The translations under genes and the position numbers were made by a program. A model generated the notes under the pieces. The model saw only the letters and a list, made by a program, of their open reading frames with translations, searched no databases and was not told the DNA's origin. A stretch of 64,000 nt of DNA, taken from the NCBI GenBank assembly GCA_001244265.2, contig CDLV01000011.1, positions 124,001 through 188,000 on the forward strand, given 5' to 3'. Positions 12,421 to 24,200 of the stretch are shown piece after piece (position 1 is the stretch's first letter; each line of letters starts with the position of its first letter). The stretch comes from Microbotryum violaceum (Eukaryota).

Positions 12421-14600
12421 AACGTCAAGCCCGAAATCACCGAACGTCCAATCTGATCCGGGGTCAAGCCGTTGGCAACAGAGTCGGTGATGCTTTGGGC
12501 CGTAGTGAGGCGCAGGTTCTTCCTGGTTGCCAACCGGATGTAGTTGAGTCGAGCGGTCTTGATTTGGGAGTATCCGTCGATCACGAACTCGAAGAAGAGA
12601 CGCTGGGTTCAATGCGGGATTGAGAAGTAGTCGTCGCGATCGTGCGAGTAGTACGCAAATAATCGGGAACGCGACAGGTCGATCCACCTCGACCGCTTTT
12701 CGTTGACCTTCGTTATAGATATTCAAACATTCTATGTCAGTCTGTGCTTGCGTCTCAACAGAATGGAACATGTGAGAGAGAGCCGAAGACGCTTACCTTC
12801 ACCATCACCACTCTCTTCGTCCTCCTCGTCATCTTCATCTTCATCGCGCGGTCTTCGCCCTCCGCTTCGTCTTCTTCATCCGGACAAAGACAGGCAAGTA
12901 CCTCGCCCAAGTGGATACCATTGTCGATCTGCTCTCGGTGTCTGGCGATTGGCGGCCCAGTTTGGTTGAACCCGCAAAGAGGAATGTTGGGGTGGAAGCC
13001 ATCTTCACCTGCGGGGAAGAGTAGTGGCTACCGGAGAGGCATCCCAGACGGATGGAGCGAGCTAAAGATTTGGTACTTGGGCCGACCATCGGGACATCGA
13101 TTACCGTGCACCTGGGGAATAGGATCTTGCGGTCTACGATCTCCTGTGTTGGTGCCGTAATCGCAGATAAGCATCGCCATGTCTGCTCGACGTAGGAAGG
13201 TTGTGGTTGCGTCGGTCTCGGCCAGATGGTTGGCAGAGGCGCAGGACCCACTCTTTGGCCGATGCGAACACCCTCACAAAGCGGCTCGACACTGGGAGTG
13301 CGAAAGGTCCAAGTCGAACGGACACTTCAGCACGGGCTGCTCGCAGGGCAAGGTGTGGCTGCCTTCCCCTCCCCAACCCGATACCGAGTATCGATATCTA
13401 CTTGAAGGCTCGGATAGCGGTCAGTTGCTCCGTCCAACAACATTCGTTTGCTGCAGATCCACATGAACTGTGCGACCCACGCACACAGAAGCTAAAGCAT
13501 TCCGCGAGAATGCCCGGTCGTACAACAACGCGCTGTCGTTCACTTCGCTCGCTACTCACTTCGACCAGACACGACTGGGCACTCTGGGACCCCCCTTGTT
13601 TCGCGTGTTTGGTCGCCTCTATCATCGACTCGACGCCCTGATCCCTGCCGTGAATCAATGCCCAGCCTTTGCTCAGACATGGCTCATCGACCCGGCCGAG
13701 GCCAACGACTTTCGACCTGGACCCAACGGCGCACACAGTCGCATACAAAGATCTACTTTGACCAAGCTCGAGTCCATGTCGCGCACCGGAAATCGCTTTG
13801 TGAGGGAATTCGCATCGGCCAAAGCCCCCTACCACCTGGCCGAGACCGACGCAGCCACGGTACGCAACATGGACTCGAGCTTGGCCAAAGTAGACCTTTG
13901 TATGCGACTGTCTGCGCCGTTGGCCGTTGGGTCCAAGTCGAGTGTCGGTTGCCTCGGCCGGGTCGATGAGCCATGTTTGAGCAAATGCTGGGCGTTGGAT
14001 GACGGCAGCGATCAGGGCGCCAAGTGGATGGTAAAGGCGACCAAACACGCGAGACACGGGGGGTCCTAGCGTGCTCACTTGAGTTTGGTCCCAGCCCTGG
14101 CAGTGGGCAGCGAGCGAAGTGAAGGACAGCGCGTTGTCGTACGACTGAGCGTTCTCGCAGAACGCTTTAGCTTCTGTATGTGGGTTGCACAGTTCAGCAT
14201 GTGGATCTGCAGCAGACGAATGTTGTTGGACGGAGCAACTGACCGCTATTCGAGCCTTCAAGTAGCTGTCGATACTCTGATTGGGCCGGGGAGGGGGGAG
14301 GCAGGAGGAGGCAGGCGCACTTTGCCCTGCGAGCAGCCCGTGCTAAAGTGACCGGTCGACTTCGTCCTTTCGCACTTCCGGTGTCGAGCCTTGCAGTGGG
14401 TGCACACGGCCGTCTGCGGGCCGAGGCGGTCGGCGATTGAAACGTGGGGCTTGAGGGGTTTGAGGCCGGTTCTAGCCCTGCGGGGGCTCCGCTGGCCTTG
14501 ACCAGCTTGACCCGCAGCAGGAGGTGCACGTGGTGGTGGGGCGTGGGACGTTCAGCGCGAGCTTGCTTTAGGTGGCAACCGGCCACGAGCGGCGGCGTGT
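12170..14600 (-). pseudogene. Decayed, truncated Helitron Rep/helicase N-terminal region (intron-containing), interrupted by an inverted copy
   Basis: In order on the - strand: LGPQTAVCTHCKARH...FSTGCSQGKVRLP; AFCENAQSYDNALSFTSL; RVFGRLYH...PAFAQTWLID; RRNHNLPTSS; SLHPSGMPLR*PLLFPAGEDGFHPNIP; IDGYSQIKTARLNYIRL; QRYQDAMAYVVKY; CDPGWPEIKAALGPNDPACNRPDLIARVFEAKL. Stops and frameshifts present; no HUH or helicase motifs. Confidence 0.88.
13283..13858 (+). repeat. Inverted copy of a Helitron Rep segment
   Basis: Encodes FRENARSYNNALSFTSL...GPPLFRVFGRLYHRL...PAFAQTWLIDP...NRFVREFASAK; reverse-complement match to 13859-14390 and to 13203-13283. Confidence 0.9.
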
Positions 14601-14828
14601 GCCTCCACTGTGCCTCCCGCCTCCTCCTGCCTCCTCTTAGTAGCTCGCGTGCGCGTCCTGAACCCTTTGCTCGTGCTCAATCCCAACCCGTCCTGGTCTG
14701 TTCCACGCCTTCTCGTCCGTGCGGGTGTCGTTGTTCGATTTCTGACTTTCTGACTCGCTCATTGACCTTAGAGCGTCACTCCAGCCTGGCACTTGCCACT
14801 GCAGCCACCTCTCCGCACCAGCATAATC

Positions 14829-15802
14829 ATGCCCGAACCCTCCGCTCCAACCCGCTCCAAGGGCATCCCACTGCGAGTACTGATCAACCGAAGAGAGTGC
14901 TTCTTTCCCGACATGATGTTTCGCTTCTTCGAGTACGCGGGTCGCCGGCCGAAAGCCCGCTTTTACAAGGAAGCCGAGATCATCTGGCAGGCCGTCTCCG
15001 AGAAGACGTGGCGAGAGCTCGAGGCCTACAGCAAGGCACTCCTAGATTACTGCGTGGAGATTGAGACTCGACTTGAGCAACGTTCGGGCTGGAACATCTT
15101 TTCTCCACAGGTATGGGCGGCTCGGCTAGAGTTGATGAAGTTCTATTACGGGGAGCGTGGCCTCTGCAACGATTACTGGAAGGTCATCAGGTACTCTGGA
15201 TACGGTAAGTACTTCTGTGTGTATATGTTCTCGTGACCTCCGCGTTGTATCTGCTGCGGTAGTGTCTGACTCAGACTCGCCCTCGCCCCTGTTCACATTC
15301 GATCCTACGAGTCTTACACGCCCTCCGGGACAGATTCATCTCCGAATACAATGCTAAGCACCCCGAGCTCGACCCTCCTCTTCGACGATCCGACAATCTC
15401 ATTCTTCGCCTAGGATCGCTGCCGTCGTTTCGAAGCGATCGCGTGGCCTACTTCTCATTTCCCGATCCAAGGCCCAGTGGACCCTCTGGATTCCTCGAAG
15501 GCGAGCAGGAGCATCTCAAGAGTAGGTCTGGATTTTTACCCATCATCGCCCTGAAGGAAACATCGGACTAAACTCGTTGTGCGCCCTCACCGTGAACGTG
15601 TACATTCGCAGAACACGGTGGTATTGTTTTCGACGGTACGAGTACGGGCTTGCCTACCGACTTCGATGTGGTGGTTGATGCGAGGTCAAATTTCCTGCCG
15701 AAAGACGACGAGATCCTGGGGATCGCGGCTCTCCTCCCCGGTCCCGAGAGCGAGTCGCGCAAGACGGATAGCGAGCGGCTCGCCAGGTTCGAAGGCGACT
15801 GA
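14829..15802 (+). CDS. Orphan 3-exon gene inside the Helitron composite, 246 aa, unknown function
   Basis: Exons 14829-15190, 15334-15521, 15612-15802 (362+188+191=741 nt) join with GT-AG introns into an uninterrupted frame MPEPSAPTRSKGIPLRVL...KVIR|FISEYNAKHPEL...EHLK|KHGGIVFDG...RLARFEGD*. Confidence 0.75.
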
Positions 15803-16055
15803 CAATGACTGAAGGATGGATGCATTATTCGTACCCTACGTTTCTGTCAAGGCTGAATTCGTCACCACTAGCCCTCTGCTTCAGACGAATTCACTTCCTT
15901 CCGTCTCAAATACGACCACTTTATGTCCAATCGTTGTTGTCGTCAGAGCAGCAGTACACTGTAATCAATTCAGATGTCGGATCAGGGCTTGGTCTCCGCT
16001 CTAAGAGCTGTTCAACGCGGTCTACAGCTGCACAGCTGGCTACATAGAGGCGGCG

Positions 16056-16440
16056 CAAGAATAGACCGCGCGAGAACACGCAGCGCTACTAAAGGGGAGT
16101 CAGATGCGATGTGGCGTGCGTCGTCAAATATGGAAAGCCTTCGCGCCGTTCATCACGGTGAGGTGCGACCCCGAATGGCCGGAAATCAAGGCTGCACTGT
16201 GGCCAGACGATAAAGCATGCAACCGACCGGATCTCATTGCACGAATGTTTGAAGCCAAATTGAACCGACGCGACAACGACGTTTTTGGCAACAAGCAACG
16301 GGCAGGCTGTTTGGGCGATGAATGGAGAACTGTTTCCTTGCTGTACTTTGTAGTGTGTGTTCTTAAGCTCTGTTGAAATCATGTAGGCTGTTTGATTCTC
16401 CTCCTCTTTGTCACGTTAATTTAACGGGTTCCCACTGGTT
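16056..16440 (+). repeat. Right arm of terminal inverted repeat; putative Helitron 3' end at 16438
   Basis: Encodes FITVRCDPEWPEIKAALWPDDKACNRPDLIARMFEAKL...GCLG and ends CGTTAATTTAACG-GGTTCCCA-CTGG|T. Confidence 0.85.
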
Positions 16441-16610
16441 TTCTTTAAGAATCGTCATAACAGCATAATTGTATTGAGGCTAGCAATCTTCGTAATGAAC
16501 TCTCAAAAGTCACTTGAGTGAGCGGGTTTTACCTCGCTCTCGCGCCCGCCCTCGTCGTCCCGGCATCATCTTGACCAACTCGGCCGCCATCTACTTCAAT
16601 CCACGACAAC

Positions 16611-19403
16611 ATGAGTGGTCAGTCACCTCGACACCCTTGATTCAGACTGTGCACTGACGCCTAGCTCTGTTCCGAGGGTGTTGCAGACCGGTGCGTGCGA
16701 GCACGGAGCAGCACACGAGGCTTGGCAGAGCACGTGACGGTCACGGTGCATGCTGCATCCTAGACTGATGTATTACCTACTCGATGGGCCTCACAGACCA
16801 ACCCTTCGACACGAGGAAGGCCATTCGAATAGGCGGGAGGGTAGGTTCATCCACACGGCGTTCTACGAGCGCTGGGCAGGTCGACCGGGATGCTGACCTC
16901 ATCCCACCTCTTTACCAGAATACGATGATCGAGACGTAAGCTTTCTTTCTTTTTTTTTTGGTCGCGGCCAGGGTCACCGATGCGGTCCTCTTGTGCTTCG
17001 TGCTCAGCTGACCTGATCGTCCTCGCTCAAAAACACCGCTCCGGTCATGACCATGCCGATACCCATACCCTATTATCGCCCTGTCCCGTGTCCCGAACTG
17101 GCAACACGTTTTCCCCATTGCTCACGCTTGACGCTTGCCTCTTCGCCATCCCATCGGTTCCCCGCGGCCGACGATCGATACCATACAGCGATCGAGCCGC
17201 CACCGACGACGCTCCGAGTCGCGCTCGCCACCTCCAGCCCGTCGAAACCGATCCCGCTCCCGTTCGCCGCGTCGTTCGGCCTCCCCACCGCGCAAAATGG
17301 AAGTCGACCGTGCCGTCGACCCACCCAAGCGCGAGTTCCGCTCATCGCGCTACAACCCCGACCGCGACCACGGCTCGAGGGCAACCGGATCGACGCCCTA
17401 CGACCCTGTGAGGAAGGCAGCGGCGAGACAGACCGCCGCGATTGAAGCGAGCAAGCATTCCAAGAAGGAGAATAGGGTCTACATCACCAACCTCAGCTTC
17501 AACGTCAAGTGGAACGATTTGAAGGACTTTATGCGGGAGGGTCAGTGATTATCATTATTATTATTATGACTTTGGTTGTGCCTCAGTGGGGGAGGGGGTT
17601 AGCGCAAATCCTTTGGGGACGACACCACTCTTTTGGAGCCCCTGCTTGGCGCAGTGGGGCCGGACTGGGACGCGCCGGACAGGCCTAGACACGGTTGGAA
17701 GGGGATCATGAAAGAAGAAAGGCTGATTATGGTCGTACTTTTTTGCTGGGTGTGCGCGCACGTATGGGATGGTCATGGGTGGGGTGATGGAAAACCCGCG
17801 TCAAATCTTGGACGACTTTTACGGCTATCGACTTCCTTCGCCATCTTGTATCGCCAACACGCCTCGCATCACACCAACAGCTGGAAACGTTGTCTTTTCC
17901 GAAATTATGACTCTCCCTAACGGCATGTCGAAAGGATGCGGGTCAGTCTCTTTTCGTTGCTCTTCCGTGCACCGAACTGCGCAATTGACTCAACTACGAA
18001 CGCTGTTACCGATCTATCCAGTGTGGTCGAATTCTCACGACCTGAAGAGGCACAACGTGCGATTAGTCAACTCAACGAACAGCCTTTGTTGGGACGACCC
18101 GTCTACGTGCGCGAGGTGGGTGATCGTCGCAGGCCACTCACGTCACGTCGAGCGGAGATTAACCCCCGAGATTCTCACACTCACAGGACCGAGAAGAAGA
18201 GGCGCGATACGGCTCAGCGGCCGTCTCAGGACCCCGACCTGGGTATACCGGACCCGGTGCGCTCACCGCTCCTACCCGAGGTGGTTTCTCCGCCGGTGTC
18301 GGTCGAGGAGGCGGATTCGCTTCCTCCGCCCCTGCACCAGGTCAAGGACGACATCTCTTCATCCAAGGCCTTCCTGCGAATGCGGGTTGGCAAGAGTTGA
18401 AGGATCTTTTCCGTGCTGCGGGTCAGATCATTCGTGCGGATGTCAAGACTGCTCCTGATGGGACCCCCACGGGTACCGGTACGGTTGTCTTTGAGACGAG
18501 CCAGGATGCTCAGAATGCGATTGGTCAGTGTTGGCCTCGGACCAGCTACTCTGTGATAAGTTGCTGAACCCAGGTCATCGATCTCCTCCAGCGATGTACA
18601 ACGGCTACGAAATCGACGGGGCGATCCTCGAAGTACGTGAAGACCGATTCCCGACCGGGGGTGGCGGAGGTGGCTTCGTACCCCGAGGTGGATTCGCCGG
18701 AGGTCGAGGCGGTTTCCGAGGTGGTTTCAACGGTGGTTTCGGCGCGCCGCCCCCTCACCTTCCTTTCGCTCCTCCTGGGTTCATGCAAGGTGGTTTCAAA
18801 CCGCTTGTGGCTACGCCGAACAAGCAAATTTTCGTTAGGAATGTGAGTCTCGCCCACGCGCGCGCACCCCTCGACTGTGCCAAATCGACAAGAGAGCTGA
18901 CGTCTCCTTCGGCTTATTGGCCTGTAGTTACCTTGGTCTACTGCGGATGAAGATCTGGTCGAATTGTTCCAGACGACGGGAACGGTCGAGGAAGCGGCGA
19001 TGCTTATCGATGAAGCGACCGGTCGAGCCAAAGGATCAGGCGTGGTTCAATTCGCAACGATCGAAGAGGCCCAAACGGCGATCGCTCAGTTCCAGGGTTA
19101 TACCTATGGAGGTCAGTAGTCGGTTCCTAAACTTTTCCTTGATTTCGGGTGGGGCGTGACTCATCCTCTTTTTTGCATTCTTTCCCTACGATTTTTGCCA
19201 AAGGTCGCCCTCTACAAATCGAATTCAACGCGAGGTACAAGAACTTTCAAGGGAGTGGTGTACCCGCGGGTGCACCGACCGGTCCTCGTGGGCATCAAGA
19301 GGCGGATCAGGAGAGGGTTAATAACGGCGAGTACGGTGATGGCAGTGCTGATGCGAGTCATGGGAATAGGGAAGGGAGGGAACCTTTGCCCGAGGGGTTT
19401 TGA
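16611..19403 (+). CDS. SR/RGG-containing three-RRM RNA-binding protein (Gbp2/Hrb1-like), multi-exon
   Basis: RS-rich N-terminus; RRM1 RVYITNLSFNVKWNDLKDFMRE-AGNVVFSEIM...SKGCG-VVEFSRPEEAQRAI; RRM2 LFIQGLPANAGWQELKDLFRAAG; RGG box; RRM3 QIFVRN-LPWSTADEDLVELFQTTG; 5' micro-exons of 7, 4, 44 and 17 nt splice in frame. Confidence 0.88.
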
Positions 19404-19726
19404 GCGGACCATTGGGGAACGGTGGGGGAGATGCAATGGTTTCTGGGCGACTTGGGATGTTTTGATAAATCTGAGGCGGTGTGATGAAAATGGACCACAA
19501 AAATGAAGTTGGTTCCTTTGTCACATACTGGGCTTGGTGTGAGCGTTGTTGAGAGATTGTGCGATAATATCCGCCTGAGGTGATGCCGGGATAGGCCGGA
19601 CTAATGGGAGACGATGGGTTGCCGAGAGCCGATCGACAAGTCCGAAGCTTGGCCTCTGTTTGCTCACTCGTCCTCGTTCTTCACCTCAGACTCCCAAGAA
19701 AACACCGCCAAGTCAAAGCCGCGACC

Positions 19727-21217
19727 ATGTCCTTCTCCCTCGCTTCAACATCAAGACACCTCCTGAGCAAAACCGGGTCCTGCTCCTCCGCCACTACATG
19801 CTATAGCAGCTTCGCCCACGCCATGATCGTCCCCGGGCCGCGGTCACTCCACTCCGGCGTTGTCACACCAGCTTCCGCTTCATCGAGTAACGGGCAGGGG
19901 TTGAAACAGAAGATCCTAATGATGGATGAGATCATTTTGGCCAAGAAGGACTATGCGGATCTGGCTTCGCGTTACGAAATGATTGTCAGTCGAGCCAGTG
20001 GCAGTTTCCCAACTGCAGTGGCTAGTCCAGGTCCACCCCCCCCCCATTTGAATGATGCTTGAGCGTGCTGACCAGCGCCTGAGTTTTTATTTTTTTATTT
20101 TTATTTTATTTTTATTTTTTTCCGCCAACCCGTAGCCACTTTCCTCCAAAACGCGCGAAGAGTTTATTCAAGACTGCGCCTCGGAAAAGAAGTACGCGAG
20201 CGTGGAAGGAATGTATCGTCATTTCAAAGGCGCTTCGACCAAAGTTACGGGCAGGTTTGATCATGAATTGGTGCAGGCGTTGCCGAAGAAGCTGGTCAGA
20301 GAGGTCTTCGATCTACTACGAAAAAGGGAATACGTTATGTATACTTATGATGCTTTGGTGTGATGCCGAGCGCTTTTGACAGAAATTCGTCACCCACAAC
20401 GGAGCTGGCTACGATCAAAGTCAGTACTCGGAGGTCGATCTCACTCTGAGCTTCCCCCTACTCAAGCTGACCGATCTCTTCTTCCCACATAGTCGACATC
20501 CCTTCCTGCACCTCGCGCCACATTCAAGTCTCGAACGTTCCCGTAGCAGTCGACGACGCCACGGCCGATACGGCGCTTTTCCTACTCCTCGGTTCCTTAC
20601 GTCAATTCGGTCTTGCGCAAACCTCCCTCCGATCAGGCACCTTCAACACCGATTTGAAACTGTCCCATGATCCTCGTGGTAAGGTCTTGGGTATCATAGG
20701 GATGGGAGGGACCGGAAGGGCTTTCGCGAAGAGGTGTAAGAGTTTAGGAATGGAACTGAAGTACCATAATCGGAATCGATTGGAGGAGGAATTGGAAGCG
20801 GGGGCGATCTACGTCGCGAACATGGAAGAATTGTTGAAAACGTCGGACGTCGTTTCAATTAACGTTCCTTTGAACCCGAAGACGCATCATCTTATTGGAG
20901 CGAAAGAGTTCAAGATGATGAAGTCGTCTTCGATCCTTATCAATACTTCCCGAGGACCGGTAGTGGATGAAACCGCGCTCGTCGAAGCTTTGGAAAAAGG
21001 CGAGATCGCGGGTTGTGGTTTGGACGTGTACGAATTCGAACCCAAGATCCATGAAGGGCTCCTCAAGTCCGAGAAGGCCTTTCTCTTACCTCATGTAGGT
21101 ACTTTGACGTACGAGACGCAGGAGGAGATGGAAGCGGTCTGTTTGAGGAATCTCAAACAAGGACTCGAGACGGGCAAATTGGGGTTCACGGTCCCGGAAC
21201 AAAAAGGGCAATTCTAG
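19727..21217 (+). CDS. D-isomer-specific 2-hydroxyacid dehydrogenase (glyoxylate reductase-like), with possible mitochondrial presequence
   Basis: HNGAGYDQ, VSNVPVAVDDATAD, GKVLGIIGMGGTG, ILINTSRGPVVDE, GLDVYEFEP, LLPHVGT motifs; Ser/Arg-rich, acid-free N-terminus. Confidence 0.92.
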
Positions 21218-21269
21218 ATGGAAAGTCATGTTAGGATGCTATTACAATACCCATCAAGCCCCTTTAATT

Positions 21270-24200
21270 CTACTTTGCGAAACTTCTCGATACGTTCCCC
21301 TTCTTGGGTGCTTTATTGACCCTCGGTTCCTTCCTGAACTCACTCGTATCCACCACGAAACCCTTCGCCGCTCGACCTATCGTTTCTTTAGCCTTCTTCT
21401 TCCCCTTTTTACCTTGGGTCAGGGAGGCAACGGAGGCAGGATCGGCGTCAAGGATCGATTGCGAGGTAGAGTAGTCGTGCGGTTCGACTTCGAGCATTGA
21501 ACGCTTGGGTTTCTTGGAAGAGGAGGGTTTATTCGGTTTAGCCGAGGATGAAGTCACAGTCGAGGCACTCGGCGCGGTCGATGGGATTAGGTCAATCTCA
21601 TTCGAAGGCGAGGGTAACGCTCGCTTCTTCTTCTTGGGTTTATCCGCGAGGGAGGAAACGACAATCACGTCCTTGTCTGAACGCTTTGGTGCGGGTTCCG
21701 GCTTTGATGTGGATGGTGTAGGAACGTCCTTTGTCGTTCGTTCGCCGAAGGGGATGAAAGAGTGGTCGCCTGTCAGTGCGCTGGCGTGGGTTTGTGGGTC
21801 GTTCGTATCGACGGAAGTATCCACTGGAGGGGGAGCTTGAGGCTCAGGTACCTTGGCGCCTTGCAAAGACTGCGAGCACAGCAAGTGAGAGATCAGCTCT
21901 CTGTCCGAAAAAAGCCCATCTCAAAGCGGTCGACGCGGTCCACTCACCGACGCCAGTCCACCCCCGAGCAACAATGACGAATGAATCCTAGCGATCGCAG
22001 CCGCACGTTGAGGTGTCAGATCCGCCGAATTCTGAACTGTCGGTACAGGAATCTTCTTTGACGAGGAAGAGCCAAAGAATCCACTCTTTGAAGCGACAAG
22101 ATTCTGAGTCGACAAAGTTGACGTTGAAGCCTTGTTCGAGCCTCCAAAAAACGACGACTTGGCAACGACCTTGACCTCGGCCACCTCTTCAACGGCATCA
22201 CTCCACAAGCTCTCCACCACCGGCCTAACGACGGGTTCGCTCGCCGCCTCGCCCCTCTCCTTCATCGCCTCACTAACCACCACCACCTCACCCTCCTTCT
22301 TCTCCCCTCTACTCTCAACCTCTCGTAAAACGCTCAAAATACACTCCACGACTTCCCCCTTCCTCCTCCTCATCACCTCCCCAACGCCTCCTCCATTCCT
22401 CCCCATCGAACCCCCAACAATCCTCATAACTTCCCCTACCTCTCGAGGAGCCTGTGCCGCCAAATTGAACAAAGCCCAATTCGATAAAACCCAACTCGTA
22501 CTTTCATCTTCTTCCCTAGCTACGGCTTCCCTCCAACGATGTAAAACCTTCATCAACTCGAAATGAACTTGACCGGGTCCCCAACCTGATCGAACGGGAA
22601 GCGTAGGTACGCGTAAAGCGGAAGCGTAATGGTGTAATTGACCATTCTTAGCTAGCAGTCCTAACCAACCATTTTCAAAGTGACCGGTTTGAGAGTCGTA
22701 AGGTGCGATGGAGAAGGTGGAGGAGGAGACTGTTTTGGAGAGATTGAATACTCGCACGAGTGGATTGACTTGAAGCTCGTCCGCATCGAGGAGCATCTTC
22801 CCTTCCCTCTCGGATGTCCGATCGGACTCGGTCTCGAGCTCGTGCAAAGCGATCCTTAAATGATCATATACGTCCAAAAGGTAATGCGTATCCGAACGGG
22901 CGTAATGCAGCATTGCCTCGGGGAGGGGTCGGATGCGCCAATCGGCGAGTTGGTAGCGCTTGTCAGGGACAAAGTCGGTATACTTTTCGAGCAGGGAGGC
23001 AAGCGAGTGGTGTGGGTACTCTGAGGGGGGGTTCACGAAGCGTGTAAGAAGAAAGGCATGGAGGTGGCATAGTGATTGAAAAGTGGTACGTACGTAGTAC
23101 TCGCGTCGCATGATAAGTATCGAACAAGCCGACGATGTAGATGCCGAAATCTCTTTGAAGCCAAATGATATCGGATGCGGCACCGTGAAAGACCTTGATC
23201 CATTCGGGATCGGTCGTGAATTCGTTCAGACGTTCGAGGAGGTCGCGGACGATGGGATCGAGCACGTCAATGACGTAGTCTTGGGTTCTTGTGCTCAGCT
23301 GATTTGGACGGCGGAATTGGGTTAGTGAGAAGGACGAGGATTGAACGGATGAATTTGGACTCGGGGACTGACCTGGATCAAACACGTGATTCCTCCCCAA
23401 GTCCTCTGATCATGATGTTCCAAATCGATCGCCAACTCCTTCTTGCCTTGGGCCCCCATCTCTCTGATATGACTGAGCATCGCTTCGAACGCTTGCTCGT
23501 CGTCGACCCATGCGAAGGGTGTGATGTCGAACGAGTGCTCCTTGGGTGTCGGGGGAAGAGGCGGTCGGATCGCATAGTGCGCGGGTGGGGAGAGCTGTTC
23601 AATCTCGGCCTGATACGGATGAAGATAGATGGGGTAGGAGGGTGGTTCGGTGCCGGTGATGGAGGAGAAGCGATCGGTGTGTCGTGTGTGGACCACTCGA
23701 AGCCATGAGGTTCGGTCTTCTGCGTTCTGGTTCGAGTTGGAGAGCGAATGCAGTTTGCGCCGCAAAACCGGTTTCCAAATAGGTTCCTCGAGGGGCAACA
23801 CTTGTTCAGCCAGACGAGGTCTCGGAAGACACAAGCGTTCGGGGAATGCAAGTTGTGGTTTGACAGTATTGGGATCGTGCAGCAGATGAGGCGCGAGTCT
23901 ATCCTTGCTAGGTCCGGCTACAGATTTGGACTTTATTCCTGGTGCGTTCGAGCGTAAAGGAGCGTGTTTGGAGGTGTGGTTCTTGGAGACGCCCAAGTGA
24001 ATCTCGAGCTCGTCATCGGCGGCTTCGAGCAGCGGTTCGAGGCGATCGACGACGTTCGTGTACAGGCCGTCGTGGAGCAGATCGGCATCTAGCCTCGGCT
24101 GGGAAGCGGAAGCCTTGGGTTCGATGTCTTGTGTGGACCAGGACAGGAGGTTCTCTACGAGCGCAAGGACTCGTTCGGAGTGGGCATCGAGCTTCCTGGC

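Larger units (their letters stand above)
12035..16438. mobile_element. Helitron-derived composite element bounded by two outward-facing putative 3' termini
   Basis: Helitron Rep-like peptides on both strands; ~390-bp inverted repeats 12033-12420 / 16056-16440, each ending in a short hairpin plus CTGG followed by T. Confidence 0.8.

Noticed and set aside
15191-15236. Alternative donor GTAAGT at ~15205, or read-through end of the 147-aa ORF, for the cargo gene
   Set aside because: Both lead to early stops; the donor at 15191 gives a continuous three-exon frame. It remains possible as a minor isoform.
20083-20120. (TTTTA)n tract, and (AAAAAT)n at ~47514-47545
   Set aside because: Ordinary simple repeats with no further structure.
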